This document shows, in pieces, positions 1 through 15,079 of a DNA stretch of 64,000 nt (position 1 is the stretch's first letter; each line of letters begins with the position of its first letter). A program made the position numbers and the translations under genes. Origin of the DNA: Eledone cirrhosa (lineage: Eukaryota); contig OZ024741.1 in NCBI GenBank assembly GCA_964016885.1, forward strand, positions 28,334,001 to 28,398,000. Reading direction: 5' to 3'. Below the pieces are notes generated by a model, which saw nothing but the letters and a program-made list of their open reading frames with translations, was not told where the DNA came from and ran no database searches.

Positions 1-990
1 TGGTACTATAGTGTAGGTTATTGGTAGATCACTGGTATATATAGGGATATAACTACACATAGATACTGTCAGTGGTACTAGAGTGTAGGTTATTGGTATA
101 TAACTGGTATATATAGGGATATAACTACATATAGATACAGTCAGTGGCACTACAGTGTAGGTCATTGGTATATAACTTGTATATATAGGGATATAACTAC
201 ATATAGATACTGCCAGTGGTACTACAGTGTAGGTTATTGGTATATAACTGGTATATATAGGGATATAACTACACATAGATACTGAGAGTGGTACTACAGT
301 GTAGGTTATTCGTAGATAACTGGTATATAGAGGGATATAACTACACATAGATACTGACAGTGGTATTACAGTGTAGGTTATTGGTATATAACTGGAATAT
401 ATAGGGACGTAACTACATATAGATATTGTCAGTGGTACTACAGTGTAGGTTATTGGTATATAACTGGTATATATAGGGATATAACTTCATATAGATACTG
501 TTAGTGGTACTACAGTGTAGGTTATTGGTATATGACTGGTATATATAGGGATATAACTACATATAGATACTGTCAGTGGTACTACAGTGTAGGTTATTGG
601 TATATAACTGGTATATATAGGGATATAACTACATATAGATACTGACAATGGTACTACAGTGTAGGTTATTGGTATATAACTGGTATATATAGGGATATAA
701 CTACATACAGATACTGTCAGTGGTACTACAGTGTAGGTTATTAGTATATAACTGGTATATATAGGGATATAACTACACATAGATACTGACAGTGGTACCA
801 CAGTGTAGGTTATTGGTATATAACTGGTATATATAGGGATATAACTATATATAGATACTGTCAGTGGTACTACAGTGTAGGCTATTGGTATATAACTGGT
901 ATATATAGGGATACAACTACATATAGATACTGTCAGTGGTACTACAGTGTAGGTTATTGGTATATAACTGGTATATATAGGGATATAACT

Positions 991-1020
991 ACATATACAG
1001 ATACTGTCAGTCTTACTACA
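991..1020. repeat. Example of the 74-bp monomer subtype (ACATATACAGRTACTGTCAGTCTTACTACAG), dispersed through the whole array
   Basis: A +2 bp insertion is linked to GG>CT about 13 bp downstream. There are 5 per 53 monomers in the 3826 HOR and 14 per 116 in the 8388 unit. It causes the recurrent ORF ending RLTVSVYVVISLYIPVIYQ*. Confidence 0.93.
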
Positions 1021-4000
1021 GTATAGGTTATTGGTATATAACTGGTATATATAGGGATATAACTACACATAGATACTGTCAGTGGTACTACAGTGTAGGC
1101 TATTGGTATATAACTGGTATATATAGGGATATAATTACATATAGATACTGTCAGTGGTACTACAGTGTAGGTTATTGGTATATAACTTGTATATATAGGG
1201 ATATAACTACATACAGATACTGTCAGTGGTAATACAGTGTAGGTTATTGGTAGATAACTGGTATATATAGGGATATAACTACACATAGATACTGTCAGTG
1301 TTACTAGAGTGTAGGTTATTGGTATATAACTGGTATATATAGGGATATAACTACATATAGATACTGTCAGTGGTACTACAGTGTAGTTTATTGGTAGATA
1401 ACTGGTATATATAGGGATATAACTACATATAGATACTGTCAGTGGTACTACAGTGTAGGTTATTGGTAGATAACTGGTATATATAGGGATATAACTACAT
1501 ATAGATACTGTCAGTGGTACTACAGTGTAGGTTATTGGTATATAACTGGTATATATAGGGATATAACTACATATAGATACTGTCAGTGGTACTACAGTGT
1601 AGGTTATTGGTATATAACTGGTATATATAGGGATATAACTACACATAGATACTGACAGTGGTAGTACAGTGTAGGTTATTGGTATATAACTGGAATATAT
1701 AGGGATATAACTAGATATAGATACTGTCAGTGGTACTACAGTGTAGGCTATTGGTAGATAACTGGTATATATAGGGATATAACTACATATAGATATTGTC
1801 AGTGGTAATACAGTGTAGGTTATTGGTATATACCTGGTATATATAGGGATATAACTACATACAGATACTGTCAGTGGTACTACAGTTTAGGTTATTAGTA
1901 TATAACTGGTATATATAGGGATATAACTACGCATAGATACTGACAGTGGTACTACAGTGTAGGTTATTGGTATATAACTGGTATATATAGGGATATAACT
2001 ACACATAGATACTGACAGTGGTACTACAGTGTAGGTTATTGGTATATAAATGGTATATATAGGGATATAACTACATATAGATACTGTCAGTCGGACTACA
2101 GTGTAGGTTATTGGTATATAACTGGTATATATAGGGATATAACTACATATAGATACTGTCAGTGGTACTACAGTGTAGGCTATTGGTATATAACTGGTAT
2201 ATATAGGGATATAACTACATATAGATACTGTCAGTGGTACTATAGTGTAGGTTATTGGTATATAACTGGTATATATAGGGATATAACTACATATACAGGT
2301 ACTGTCAGTCTTACTACAGTGTAGGTTATTGGTATATAACTGATATATATAGAGATATAACTACATATACAGATACTGTCAGTCTTACTACAGTGTAGGT
2401 TATTGGTAGATAACTGGTATATATAGGGATATAACTACATATAGATACTGTCAGTGATACTACAGTGTAGGTTATTGGTATATAACTGGTATATATAGGG
2501 ATATAACTACGCATAGATACTGACAGTGGTACTACAGTGTAGGTTATTGGTTTATAACTGGTATATATAGGGATATAACTACACATAGATACTGTCAGTC
2601 TTACTAGAGCGTAGGTTATTGGTAGATAACTGGCATATATAAGGATATAACTACACATAGATACTGTCAGTGTTACTATAGTGTAGGTTATTGGTATATA
2701 ACTTGTATTTATAGGGATATAACTACATATAGATACTGTCAGTGGTACTACAGTGTAAGTTATTGGTATATAATTGGTATATATAGGGATATAACTACAT
2801 ATAGATACTGTCAGTGGTACTACAGTGTAGGTTATTGGTATATAACTGGTATATATAGGGATATAACTACATATAGATACTGTCAGTGGTACTACAGTGT
2901 AGGTTAATGGTATATAACTGGTATATATAGGGATATAACTACATACAGATACTGTCAGTGGTACTACAGTGTAGGTTATTAGTATATAACTGGTATATAT
3001 AGGGATATAACTACACATAGATACTGACAGTGGTACTACAGTGTAGGGTATTGGTATATAACTGGTATATATAGGGATATAACTACATATAGATACTGTC
3101 AGTGGTACTACAGTGTAGGTTATTGGTATATAACTGGTATATATAGGGATATAACTACATATAGATACTGACAGTGGTACTACAGTGTAGGTTATTGGTA
3201 GATAACTGGTATATATAGTGATATAACTACACATAGATACTGTCAGTCTTACTAGAGTGTAGGTTATTGGTAGATAACTGGTATATATAAGGATATAACT
3301 ACACATAGATACTGTCAGTTGTACTATAGTGTAGGTTATTGGTAGATCACTGGTATATATAGGGATATAACTACACATAGATACTGTCAGTGGTACTACA
3401 GTGTATGTTATTGGTAGATAACTGGTATATATAGGGATATAACTACACATAGATACTGTCAGTGGTACTACAGTGTAGGTTATTTGTATATAACTGGTAT
3501 ATATAGGGATATAACTACATATAGATACTGTCAGTGGTACTACAGTGTAGTTTATTGGTAGATAATTGGTATATATAGGGATATAACTACAAATAGATAC
3601 TGTCAGTGAAACTACAGTGTAGGTTATTGGTAGATAACTGGTATATATAGGGACATAACTACATATAGATACTGTCAGTGGTACTACAGTGTAGGTTATT
3701 GGTATATAACTGGTATATATAGGGATATAACTACATATAGATACTGTCAGTGGTACTACAGTGTAGGTTATTGGTATATAACTGGTATATATAGGGATAT
3801 AACTATACATAGAAACTGTCAGTTGTACTACAGTGTAGGTTATTGGTATATAACTGGTAAATGTAGGGATATAACTACACATAGATATTGATAGTGGTAC
3901 TACAGTGTAGGTTATTGGTATATGACTGGTTTATATAGGGATATAACTACATATAGATGCTGTCAGTGGTACTACAGTGTAGGTTATTGGTAGATAACCG

Positions 4001-4109
4001 GTATATATAGGGATATAACTACATATAGATACTGTCAGTGGTACTACAGTGTAGGTTATTGGTATATAACTGGTATATATAGGGATATAACTACACATAG
4101 ATACTGACA

Positions 4110-5990
4110 GTGGTACTACAGTGTAGGTTATTGGTATATAACTGGAATATATAGGGATATAACTACATATAGATATTGTCAGTGGTACTACAGTGTAGGT
4201 TATTGGCATATAACTGGTATATATAGGGATATAACTACATATAGATACTGTCAGTGGTACTACAGTGTAGGTAATTGGTATATAACTGGTATATATAGGG
4301 ATATAACTACATATAGATACTATCAGTGGTACTACAGTGTAGGTTATTGGTATATAACTGGTATATATAGGGATATAACTACATACAGGTACTGTCAGTG
4401 GTACTACAGTGTAGGTTATTGGTATATAACTGGTATATATAGGGATATAACTACATATACAGGTACTGTCAGTCTTACTACAGTGTAGGTTATTGGTATA
4501 TAACTGATATATATAGAGATATAACTACATATACAGATACTGTCAGTCTTACTACAGTGTAGGTTATTGGTAGATAACTGGTATATATAGGGATATAACT
4601 ACATATAGATACTGTCAGTGGTACTACAGTGTAGGTTATTGGTATATAACTGGTATATATAGGGATATAACTACATATAGATAATGTCAGTGGTACTACA
4701 GTGTAGGTTATTGGTAGATAACTGGTATATATAAGGATATAACTACACATAGACACTGTCAGTGGTACTATAGTGTAGGTTATTGGTAGATCACTGGTAT
4801 ATATAGGGATATAATTACACATAGATACTGTCAGTGGTACTATAGTGTAGGTTATTCGTATATAACTGGTATATATAGGGATATAACTACACATAGATAC
4901 TGACAGTGGTACCACAGTGTAGGTTATTGGTATATAACTGGTATATATAGGGATATAACTATATATAGATACTGTCAGTGGTACTACAGTGTAGGCTATT
5001 GGTATATAACTGGTATATATAGGGATACAACTACATATAGATACTGTCAGTGGTACTACAGTGTAGGTTATTGGTATATAACTGGAATATATAGGGATAT
5101 AACTACATATAGATATTGTCAGTGGTACTACAGTGTAGGTTATTGGCATATAACTGGTATATATAAGGATATAACTACATATAGATACTGTCAGTGGTAC
5201 TACAGTGTAGGTAATTGGTATATAACTGGTATATATAGGGATATAACTACATATAGATACTATCAGTGGTACTACAGTGTAGGTTATTGGTATATAACTG
5301 GTATATATAGGGATATAACTACATACAGGTACTGTCAGTGGTACTACAGTGTAGGTTATTGGTATATAACTGGTATATATAGGGATATAACTACATATAC
5401 AGGTACTGTCAGTCTTACTACAGTGTAGGTTATTGGTATATAACTGATATATATAGAGATATAACTACATATACAGATACTGTCAGTCTTACTACAGTGT
5501 AGGTTATTGGTAGATAACTGGTATATATAGGGATATAACTACATATAGATACTGTCAGTGGTACTACAGTGTAGGTTATTGGTATATAACTGGTATATAT
5601 AGGGATATAACTACATATAGATAATGTCAGTGGTACTACAGTGTAGGTTATTGGTAGATAACTGGTATATATAAGGATATAACTACACATAGACACTGTC
5701 AGTGGTACTATAGTGTAGGTTATTGGTAGATCACTGGTATATATAGGGATATAATTACACATAGATACTGTCAGTGGTACTATAGTGTAGGTTATTCGTA
5801 TATAACTGGTATATATAGGGATATAACTACACATAGATACTGACAGTGGTACCACAGTGTAGGTTATTGGTATATAACTGGTATATATAGGGATATAACT
5901 ATATATAGATACTGTCAGTGGTACTACAGTGTAGGCTATTGGTATATAACTGGTATATATAGGGATACAACTACATATAGATACTGTCAG
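4110..5990. repeat. Tandem duplication, period 940 bp (13 monomers, two of them 74-bp)
   Basis: Rare variants recur at +940: ACTGGAATAT 4141/5081, GGCATA ~4205/5145, GATACAAC ~5024/5964. ORF ends are 4490/5430. 13x72+4=940. Boundaries are approximate. Confidence 0.9.
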
Positions 5991-8900
5991 TGGTACTACA
6001 GTGTAGGTTATTGGTATATAACTGGTATATATAGGGATATAACTACATATACAGATACTGTCAGTTTTACTACAGTATAGGTTATTGGTATATAACTGGT
6101 ATATATAGGGATATAACTACACATAGATACTGTCAGTGGTACTACAGTGTAGGCTATTGGTATATAACTGGTATATATAGGGATATAATTACATATAGAT
6201 ACTGTCAGTGGTACTACAGTGTAGGTTATTGGTATATAACTTGTATATATAGGGATATAACTACATACAGATACTGTCAGTGGTAATACAGTGTAGGTTA
6301 TTGGTAGATAACTGGTATATATAGGGATATAACTACACATAGATACTGTCAGTGTTACTAGAGTGTAGGTTATTGGTATATAACTGGTATATATAGGGAT
6401 ATAACTACATATAGATACTGTCAGTGGTACTACAGTGTAGTTTATTGGTAGATAACTGGTATATATAGGGATATAACTACATATAGATACTGTCAGTGGT
6501 ACTACAGTGTAGGTTATTGGTAGATAACTGGTATATATAGGGATATAACTACATATAGATACTGTCAGTGGTACTACAGTGTAGGTTATTGGTATATAAC
6601 TGGTATATATAGGGATATAACTACATATAGATACTGTCAGTGGTACTACAGTGTAGGTTATTGGTATATAACTGGTATATATAGGGATATAACTACACAT
6701 AGATACTGACAGTGGTAGTACAGTGTAGGTTATTGGTATATAACTGGAATATATAGGGATATAACTAGATATAGATACTGTCAGTGGTACTACAGTGTAG
6801 GCTATTGGTAGATAACTGGTATATATAGGGATATAACTACATATAGATATTGTCAGTGGTACTACAGTGTAGGTTATTGGTATATAACTGGTATATATAG
6901 GGATATAACTACATATACAGGTACTGTCAGTCTTACTACAGTGTAGGTTATTGGTATATAACTGATATATATAGAGATATAACTACATATACAGATACTG
7001 TCAGTCTTACTACAGTGTAGGTTATTGGTAGATAACTGGTATATATAGGGATATAACTACATATAGATACTGTCAGTGATACTACAGTGTAGGTTATTGG
7101 TATATAACTGGTATATATAGGGATATAACTACGCATAGATACTGACAGTGGTACTACAGTGTAGGTTATTGGTATATAACTGGTATATATAGGGATATAA
7201 CTACACATAGATACTGTCAGTCTTACTAGAGCGTAGGTTATTGGTAGATAACTGGCATATATAAGGATATAACTACACATAGATACTGTCAGTGTTACTA
7301 TAGTGTAGGTTATTGGTAGATCACTGGTATATAAAGGGATATAACTACACATAGATACTGTCAGTGGTACTACAGTGTAGGTTATTGGTATATAACTGGT
7401 ATATATAGGGATATAACTACATATAGATACCGTCAGTGTTACTACAGTGTAGGTTATTGGTATATAACTTGTATTTATAGGGATATAACTACATATAGAT
7501 ACTGTCAGTGGTACTACAGTGTAAGTTATTGGTATATAATTGGTATATATAGGGATATAACTACATATAGATACTGTCAGTGGTACTACAGTGTAGGTTA
7601 TTGGTATATAACTGGTATATATAGGGATATAACTACATATAGATACTGTCAGTGGTACTACAGTGTAGGTTAATGGTATATAACTGGTATATATAGGGAT
7701 ATAACTACATACAGATACTGTCAGTGGTACTACAGTGTAGGTTATTAGTATATAACTGGTATATATAGGGATATAACTACACATAGATACTGACAGTGGT
7801 ACTACAGTGTAGGGTATTGGTATATAACTGGTATATATAGGGATATAACTACATATAGATACTGTCAGTGGTACTACAGTGTAGGTTATTGGTATATAAC
7901 TGGTATATATAGGGATATAACTACATATAGATACTGACAGTGGTACTACAGTGTAGGTTATTGGTAGATAACTGGTATATATAGTGATATAACTACACAT
8001 AGATACTGTCAGTCTTACTAGAGTGTAGGTTATTGGTAGATAACTGGTATATATAAGGATATAACTACACATAGATACTGTCAGTTGTACTATAGTGTAG
8101 GTTATTGGTAGATCACTGGTATATATAGGGATATAACTACACATAGATACTGTCAGTGGTACTACAGTGTATGTTATTGGTAGATAACTGGTATATATAG
8201 GGATATAACTACACATAGATACTGTCAGTGGTACTACAGTGTAGGTTATTTGTATATAACTGGTATATATAGGGATATAACTACATATAGATACTGTCAG
8301 TGGTACTACAGTGTAGTTTATTGGTAGATAATTGGTATATATAGGGATATAACTACACATAGATACTGTCAGTGAAACTACAGTGTAGGTTATTGGTAGA
8401 TAACTGGTATATATAGGGACATAACTACATATAGATACTGTCAGTGGTACTACAGTGTAGGTTATTGGTATATAACTGGTATATATAGGGATATAACTAC
8501 ATATAGATACTGTCAGTGGTACTACAGTGTAGGTTATTGGTATATAACTGGTATATATAGGGATATAACTATACATAGAAACTGTCAGTTGTACTACAGT
8601 GTAGGTTATTGGTATATAACTGGTAAATGTAGGGATATAACTACACATAGATATTGATAGTGGTACTACAGTGTAGGTTATTGGTATATGACTGGTTTAT
8701 ATAGGGATATAACTACATATAGATGCTGTCAGTGGTACTACAGTGTAGGTTATTGGTAGATAACCGGTATATATAGGGATATAACTACATATAGATACTG
8801 TCAGTGGTACTACAGTGTAGGTTATTGGTATATAACTGGTATATATAGGGATATAACTACACATAGATACTGACAGTGGTACTACAGTGTAGGTTATTGG

Positions 8901-11900
8901 TATATAACTGGAATATATAGGGATATAACTACATATAGATATTGTCAGTGGTACTACAGTGTAGGTTATTGGCATATAACTGGTATATATAGGGATATAA
9001 CTACATATAGATACTGTCAGTGGTACTACAGTGTAGGTAATTGGTATATAACTGGTATATATAGGTATATAACTACATATAGATACTATCAGTGGTACTA
9101 CAGTGTAGGTTATTGGTATATAACTGGTATATATAGGGATATAACTACATACAGGTACTGTCAGTGGTACTACAGTGTAGGTTATTGGTATATAACTGGT
9201 ATATATAGGGATATAACTACATATACAGGTACTGTCAGTCTTACTACAGTGTAGGTTATTGGTATATAACTGATATATATAGAGATATAACTACATATAC
9301 AGATACTGTCAGTCTTACTACAGTGTAGGTTATTGGTAGATAACTGGTATATATAGGGATATAACTACATATAGATACTGTCAGTGGTACTACAGTGTAG
9401 GTTATTGGTATATAACTGGTATATATAGGGATATAACTACATATAGATAATGTCAGTGGTACTACAGTGTAGGTTATTGGTAGATAACTGGTATATATAA
9501 GGATATAACTACACATAGACACTGTCAGTGGTACTATAGTGTAGGTTATTGGTAGATCACTGGTATATATAGGGATATAATTACACATAGATACTGTCAG
9601 TGGTACTATAGTGTAGGTTATTCGTATATAACTGGTATATATAGGGATATAACTACACATAGATACTGACAGTGGTACCACAGTGTAGGTTATTGGTATA
9701 TAACTGGTATATATAGGGATATAACTATATATAGATACTGTCAGTGGTACTACAGTGTAGGCTATTGGTATATAACTGGTATATATAGGGATACAACTAC
9801 ATATAGATACTGTCAGTGGTACTACAGTGTAGGTTATTGGTATATAACTGGTATATATAGGGATATAACTACATATACAGATACTGTCAGTTTTACTACA
9901 GTATAGGTTATTGGTATATAACTGGTATATATAGGGATATAACTACACATAGATACTGTCAGTGGTACTACAGTGTAGGCTATTGGTATATAACTGGTAT
10001 ATATAGGGATATAATTACATATAGATACTGTCAGTGGTACTACAGTGTAGGTTATTGGTATATAACTTGTATATATAGGGATATAACTACATACAGATAC
10101 TGTCAGTGGTAATACAGTGTAGGTTATTGGTAGATAACTGGTATATATAGGGATATAACTACACATAGATACTGTCAGTGTTACTAGAGTGTATGTTATT
10201 GGTATATAACTGGTATATATAGGGATATAACTACATATAGATACTGTCAGTGGTACTACAGTGTAGTTTATTGGTAGATAACTGGTATATATAGGGATAT
10301 AACTACATATAGATACTGTCAGTGGTACTACAGTGTAGGTTATTGGTAGATAACTGGTATATATAGGGATATAACTACATATAGATACTGTCAGTGGTAC
10401 TACAGTGTAGGTTATTGGTATATAACTGGTATATATAGGGATATAACTACATATAGATACTGTCAGTGGTACTACAGTGTAGGTTATTGGTATATAACTG
10501 GTATATATAGGGATATAACTACACATAGATACTGACAGTGGTAGTACAGTGTAGGTTATTGGTATATAACTGGAATATATAGGGATATAACTAGATATAG
10601 ATACTGTCAGTGGTACTACAGTGTAGGCTATTGGTAGATAACTGGTATATATAGGGATATAACTACATATAGATATTGTCAGTGGTACTACAGTGTAGGT
10701 TATTGGTATATAACTGGTATATATAGGGATATAACTACATATACAGGTACTGTCAGTCTTACTACAGTGTAGGTTATTGGTATATAACTGATATATATAG
10801 AGATATAACTACATATACAGATACTGTCAGTCTTACTACAGTGTAGGTTATTGGTAGATAACTGGTATATATAGGGATATAACTACATATAGATACTGTC
10901 AGTGATACTACAGTGTAGGTTATTGGTATATAACTGGTATATATAGGGATATAACTACGCATAGATACTGACAGTGGTACTACAGTGTAGGTTATTGGTA
11001 TATAACTGGTATATATAGGGATATAACTACACATAGATACTGTCAGTCTTACTAGAGCGTAGGTTATTGGTAGATAACTGGCATATATAAGGATATAACT
11101 ACACATAGATACTGTCAGTGTTACTATAGTGTAGGTTATTGGTAGATCACTGGGATATAAAGGGATATAACTACACATAGATACTGTCAGTGGTACTACA
11201 GTGTAGGTTATTGGTATATAACTGGTATATATAGGGATATAACTACATATAGATACCGTCAGTGTTACTACAGTGTAGGTTATTGGTATATAACTTGTAT
11301 TTATAGGGATATAACTACACATAGATACTGTCAGTGGTACTACAGTGTAAGTTATTGGTATATAATTGGTATATATAGGGATATAACTACATATAGATAC
11401 TGTCAGTGGTACTACAGTGTAGGTTATTGGTATATAACTGGTATATATAGGGATATAACTACATATAGATACTGTCAGTGGTACTACAGTGTAGGTTAAT
11501 GGTATATAACTGGTATATATAGGGATATAACTACATACAGATACTGTCAGTGGTACTACAGTGTAGGTTATTAGTATATAACTGGTATATATAGGGATAT
11601 AACTACACATAGATACTGACAGTGGTACTACAGTGTAGGGTATTGGTATATAACTGGTATATATAGGGATATAACTACATATAGATACTGTCAGTGGTAC
11701 TACAGTGTAGGTTATTGGTATATAACTGGTATATATAGGGATATAACTACATATAGATACTGACAGTGGTACTACAGTGTAGGTTATTGGTAGATAACTG
11801 GTATATATAGTGATATAACTACACATAGATACTGTCAGTCTTACTAGAGTGTAGGTTATTGGTAGATAACTGGTATATATAAGGATATAACTACACATAG

Positions 11901-13483
11901 ATACTGTCAGTTGTACTATAGTGTAGGTTATTGGTAGATCACTGGTATATATAGGGATATAACTACACATAGATACTGTCAGTGGTACTACAGTGTATGT
12001 TATTGGTAGATAACTGGTATATATAGGGATATAACTACACATAGATACTGTCAGTGGTACTACAGTGTAGGTTATTTGTATATAACTGGTATATATAGGG
12101 ATATAACTACATATAGATACTGTCAGTGGTACTACAGTGTAGTTTATTGGTAGATAATTGGTATATATAGGGATATAACTACACATAGATACTGTCAGTG
12201 AAACTACAGTGTAGGTTATTGGTAGATAACTGGTATATATAGGGACATAACTACATATAGATACTGTCAGTGGTACTACAGTGTAGGTTATTGGTATATA
12301 ACTGGTATATATAGGGATATAACTACATATAGATACTGTCAGTGGTACTACAGTGTAGGTTATTGGTATATAACTGGTATATATAGGGATATAACTATAC
12401 ATAGAAACTGTCAGTTGTACTACAGTGTAGGTTATTGGTATATAACTGGTAAATGTAGGGATATAACTACACATAGATATTGATAGTGGTACTACAGTGT
12501 AGGTTATTGGTATATGACTGGTTTATATAGGGATATAACTACATATAGATGCTGTCAGTGGTACTACAGTGTAGGCTATTGGTAGATAACCGGTATATAT
12601 AGGGATATAACTACATATAGATACTGTCAGTGGTACTACAGTGTAGGTTATTGGTATATAACTGGTATATATAGGGATATAACTACACATAGATACTGAC
12701 AGTGGTACTACAGTGTAGGTTATTGGTATATAACTGGAATATATAGGGATATAACTACATATAGATATTGTCAGTGGTACTACAGTGTAGGTTATTGGCA
12801 TATAACTGGTATATATAGGGATATAACTACATATAGATACTGTCAGTGGTACTACAGTGTAGGTAATTGGTATATAACTGGTATATATAGGGATATAACT
12901 ACATATAGATACTATCAGTGGTACTACAGTGTAGGTTATTGGTATATAACTGGTATATATAGGGATATAACTACATACAGATACAGTCAGTGGTACTACA
13001 GTGTAGGTTATTGGTATATAACTGGTATATATAGGGATATAACTACATATACAGGTACTGTCAGTCTTACTACAGTGTAGGTTATTGGTATATAACTGAT
13101 ATATATAGAGATATAACTACATATACAGATACTGTCAGTCTTACTACAGTGTAGGTTATTGGTAGATAACTGGTACATATAGGGATATAACTACATATAG
13201 ATACTGTCAGTGGTACTACAGTGTAGGTTATTGGTATATAACTGGTATATATAGGGATATAACTACATATAGATAATGTCAGTGGTACTACAGTGTAGGT
13301 TATTGGTAGATAACTGGTATATATAAGGATATAACTACACATAGACACTGTCAGTGGTACTATAGTGTAGGTTATTGGTAGATCACTGGTATATATAGGG
13401 ATATAATTACACATAGATACTGTCAGTGGTACTATAGTGTAGGTTATTCGTATATAACTGGTATATATAGGGATATAACTACA
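5050..13483. repeat. Higher-order repeat, period 3826 bp (53 monomers), ~2.2 copies, plus a rearranged earlier copy at ~780-5050
   Basis: ORF coordinates 5430/9256/13082, 6008/9834, 6948/10774 and 8697/12523 are all offset by 3826 with near-identical translations. 53x72+5x2=3826, matching five 74-bp monomers per period. The earlier copy (ORFs 954, 2326, 3931) differs by +6 and -2 whole monomers. Confidence 0.92.
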
Positions 13484-15079
13484 TATAGATACTGTCAGTG
13501 GTACTACAGTGTAGGTTATTGGTAGATAACTGGTATATATAGGGACATAACTACATATAGATACTGTCAGTGGTACTACAGTGTAGGTTATTGGTATATA
13601 ACTGGTATATATAGGGATATAACTACATATAGATATTGTCAGTGGTACTACAGTGTAGGTTATTGGTATATAACTGGTATATATAGGGATATAACTACAT
13701 ATACAGGTACTGTCAGTCTTACTACAGTGTAGGTTATTGGTATATAACTGATATATATAGAGATATAACTACATATACAGATACTGTCAGTCTTACTCCA
13801 GTGTAGGTTATTGGTAGATAACTGGTATATATAGGGATATTACTACATATAGATACTGTCAGTGTTACTACAGTGTAGGTTATTGGTATATAACTGGTAT
13901 ATATAGGGATATAACTACATATAGATACTGTCAGTGGTACTACAGTGTAGGTTATTGGTAGATAACTGGTATATATAGGGATATAACTACACATAGATAC
14001 TGACAGTGGTACTACAATGTAGGTAATTGGTATATAACTGGTATATATAGGGATATAACTACATATAGATACTGTCAGTGGTAGACAGTGTAGGTTATTG
14101 GTAGATAACTGGTATATATAGGGATATAACTACACATAGATACTGTCAGTGGTACTACAGTGTAGGTTATTGGTATATAACTGGCATATATAGGGATATA
14201 ACTACATATAGATACTGTCAGTGGTACTACAGTGTAGGTTATTGGTATATAACTTGTATATATAGGGATATAACTACATATAGATACTGTCAGTGGTACT
14301 ACAGTGTAAGTTATTGGTATATAATTGGTATATATAGGGATATAACTACATATAGATACTGTCAGTGGTACCACAGTGTAGTTTATTGGTAGATAACTGG
14401 TATATATAGGGATATAACTACATATAGATACTGTCAGTGGTACTACAGTGTAGGTTATTGGTAGATAACTGGTATATATAGGGACATAACTACATATAGA
14501 TACTGTCAGTGGTACTACAGTGTAGGTTATTGGTATATAACTGGTATATATAGGGATATAACTACATATAGATGCTGTCAGTGGTACTACAGTGTAGGTT
14601 ATTGGTATATAACTGGTATATATAGGGATATAACTATACATAGATACTGTCAGTGGTACTACAGTGTAGGTTATTGGTATATAACTGGTAAATATAGGGA
14701 TATAACTACACATAGATACTGTCAGTGGTACTACAGTGTAGGTTATTGGTATATAACTGGTATATATAGGGATATAACTACATATAGATGCTGTCAGTGG
14801 TACTACAGTGTAGGTTATTGGTAGATAACTGGTATATATAGGGATATAACTACATATAGATACTGTCAGTGGTACTACAGTGTAGGTTATTGGTATATAA
14901 CTAGTATATATAGGGATATAACTACACATAGATACTGACAGTGGTACTACAATGTAGGTAATTGGTATATAACTGGTATATATAGGGATATAACTACATA
15001 TAGATACTGTCAGTGGTAGACAGTGTAGGTTATTGGTAGATAACTGGTATATATAGGGATATAACTACACATAGATACT

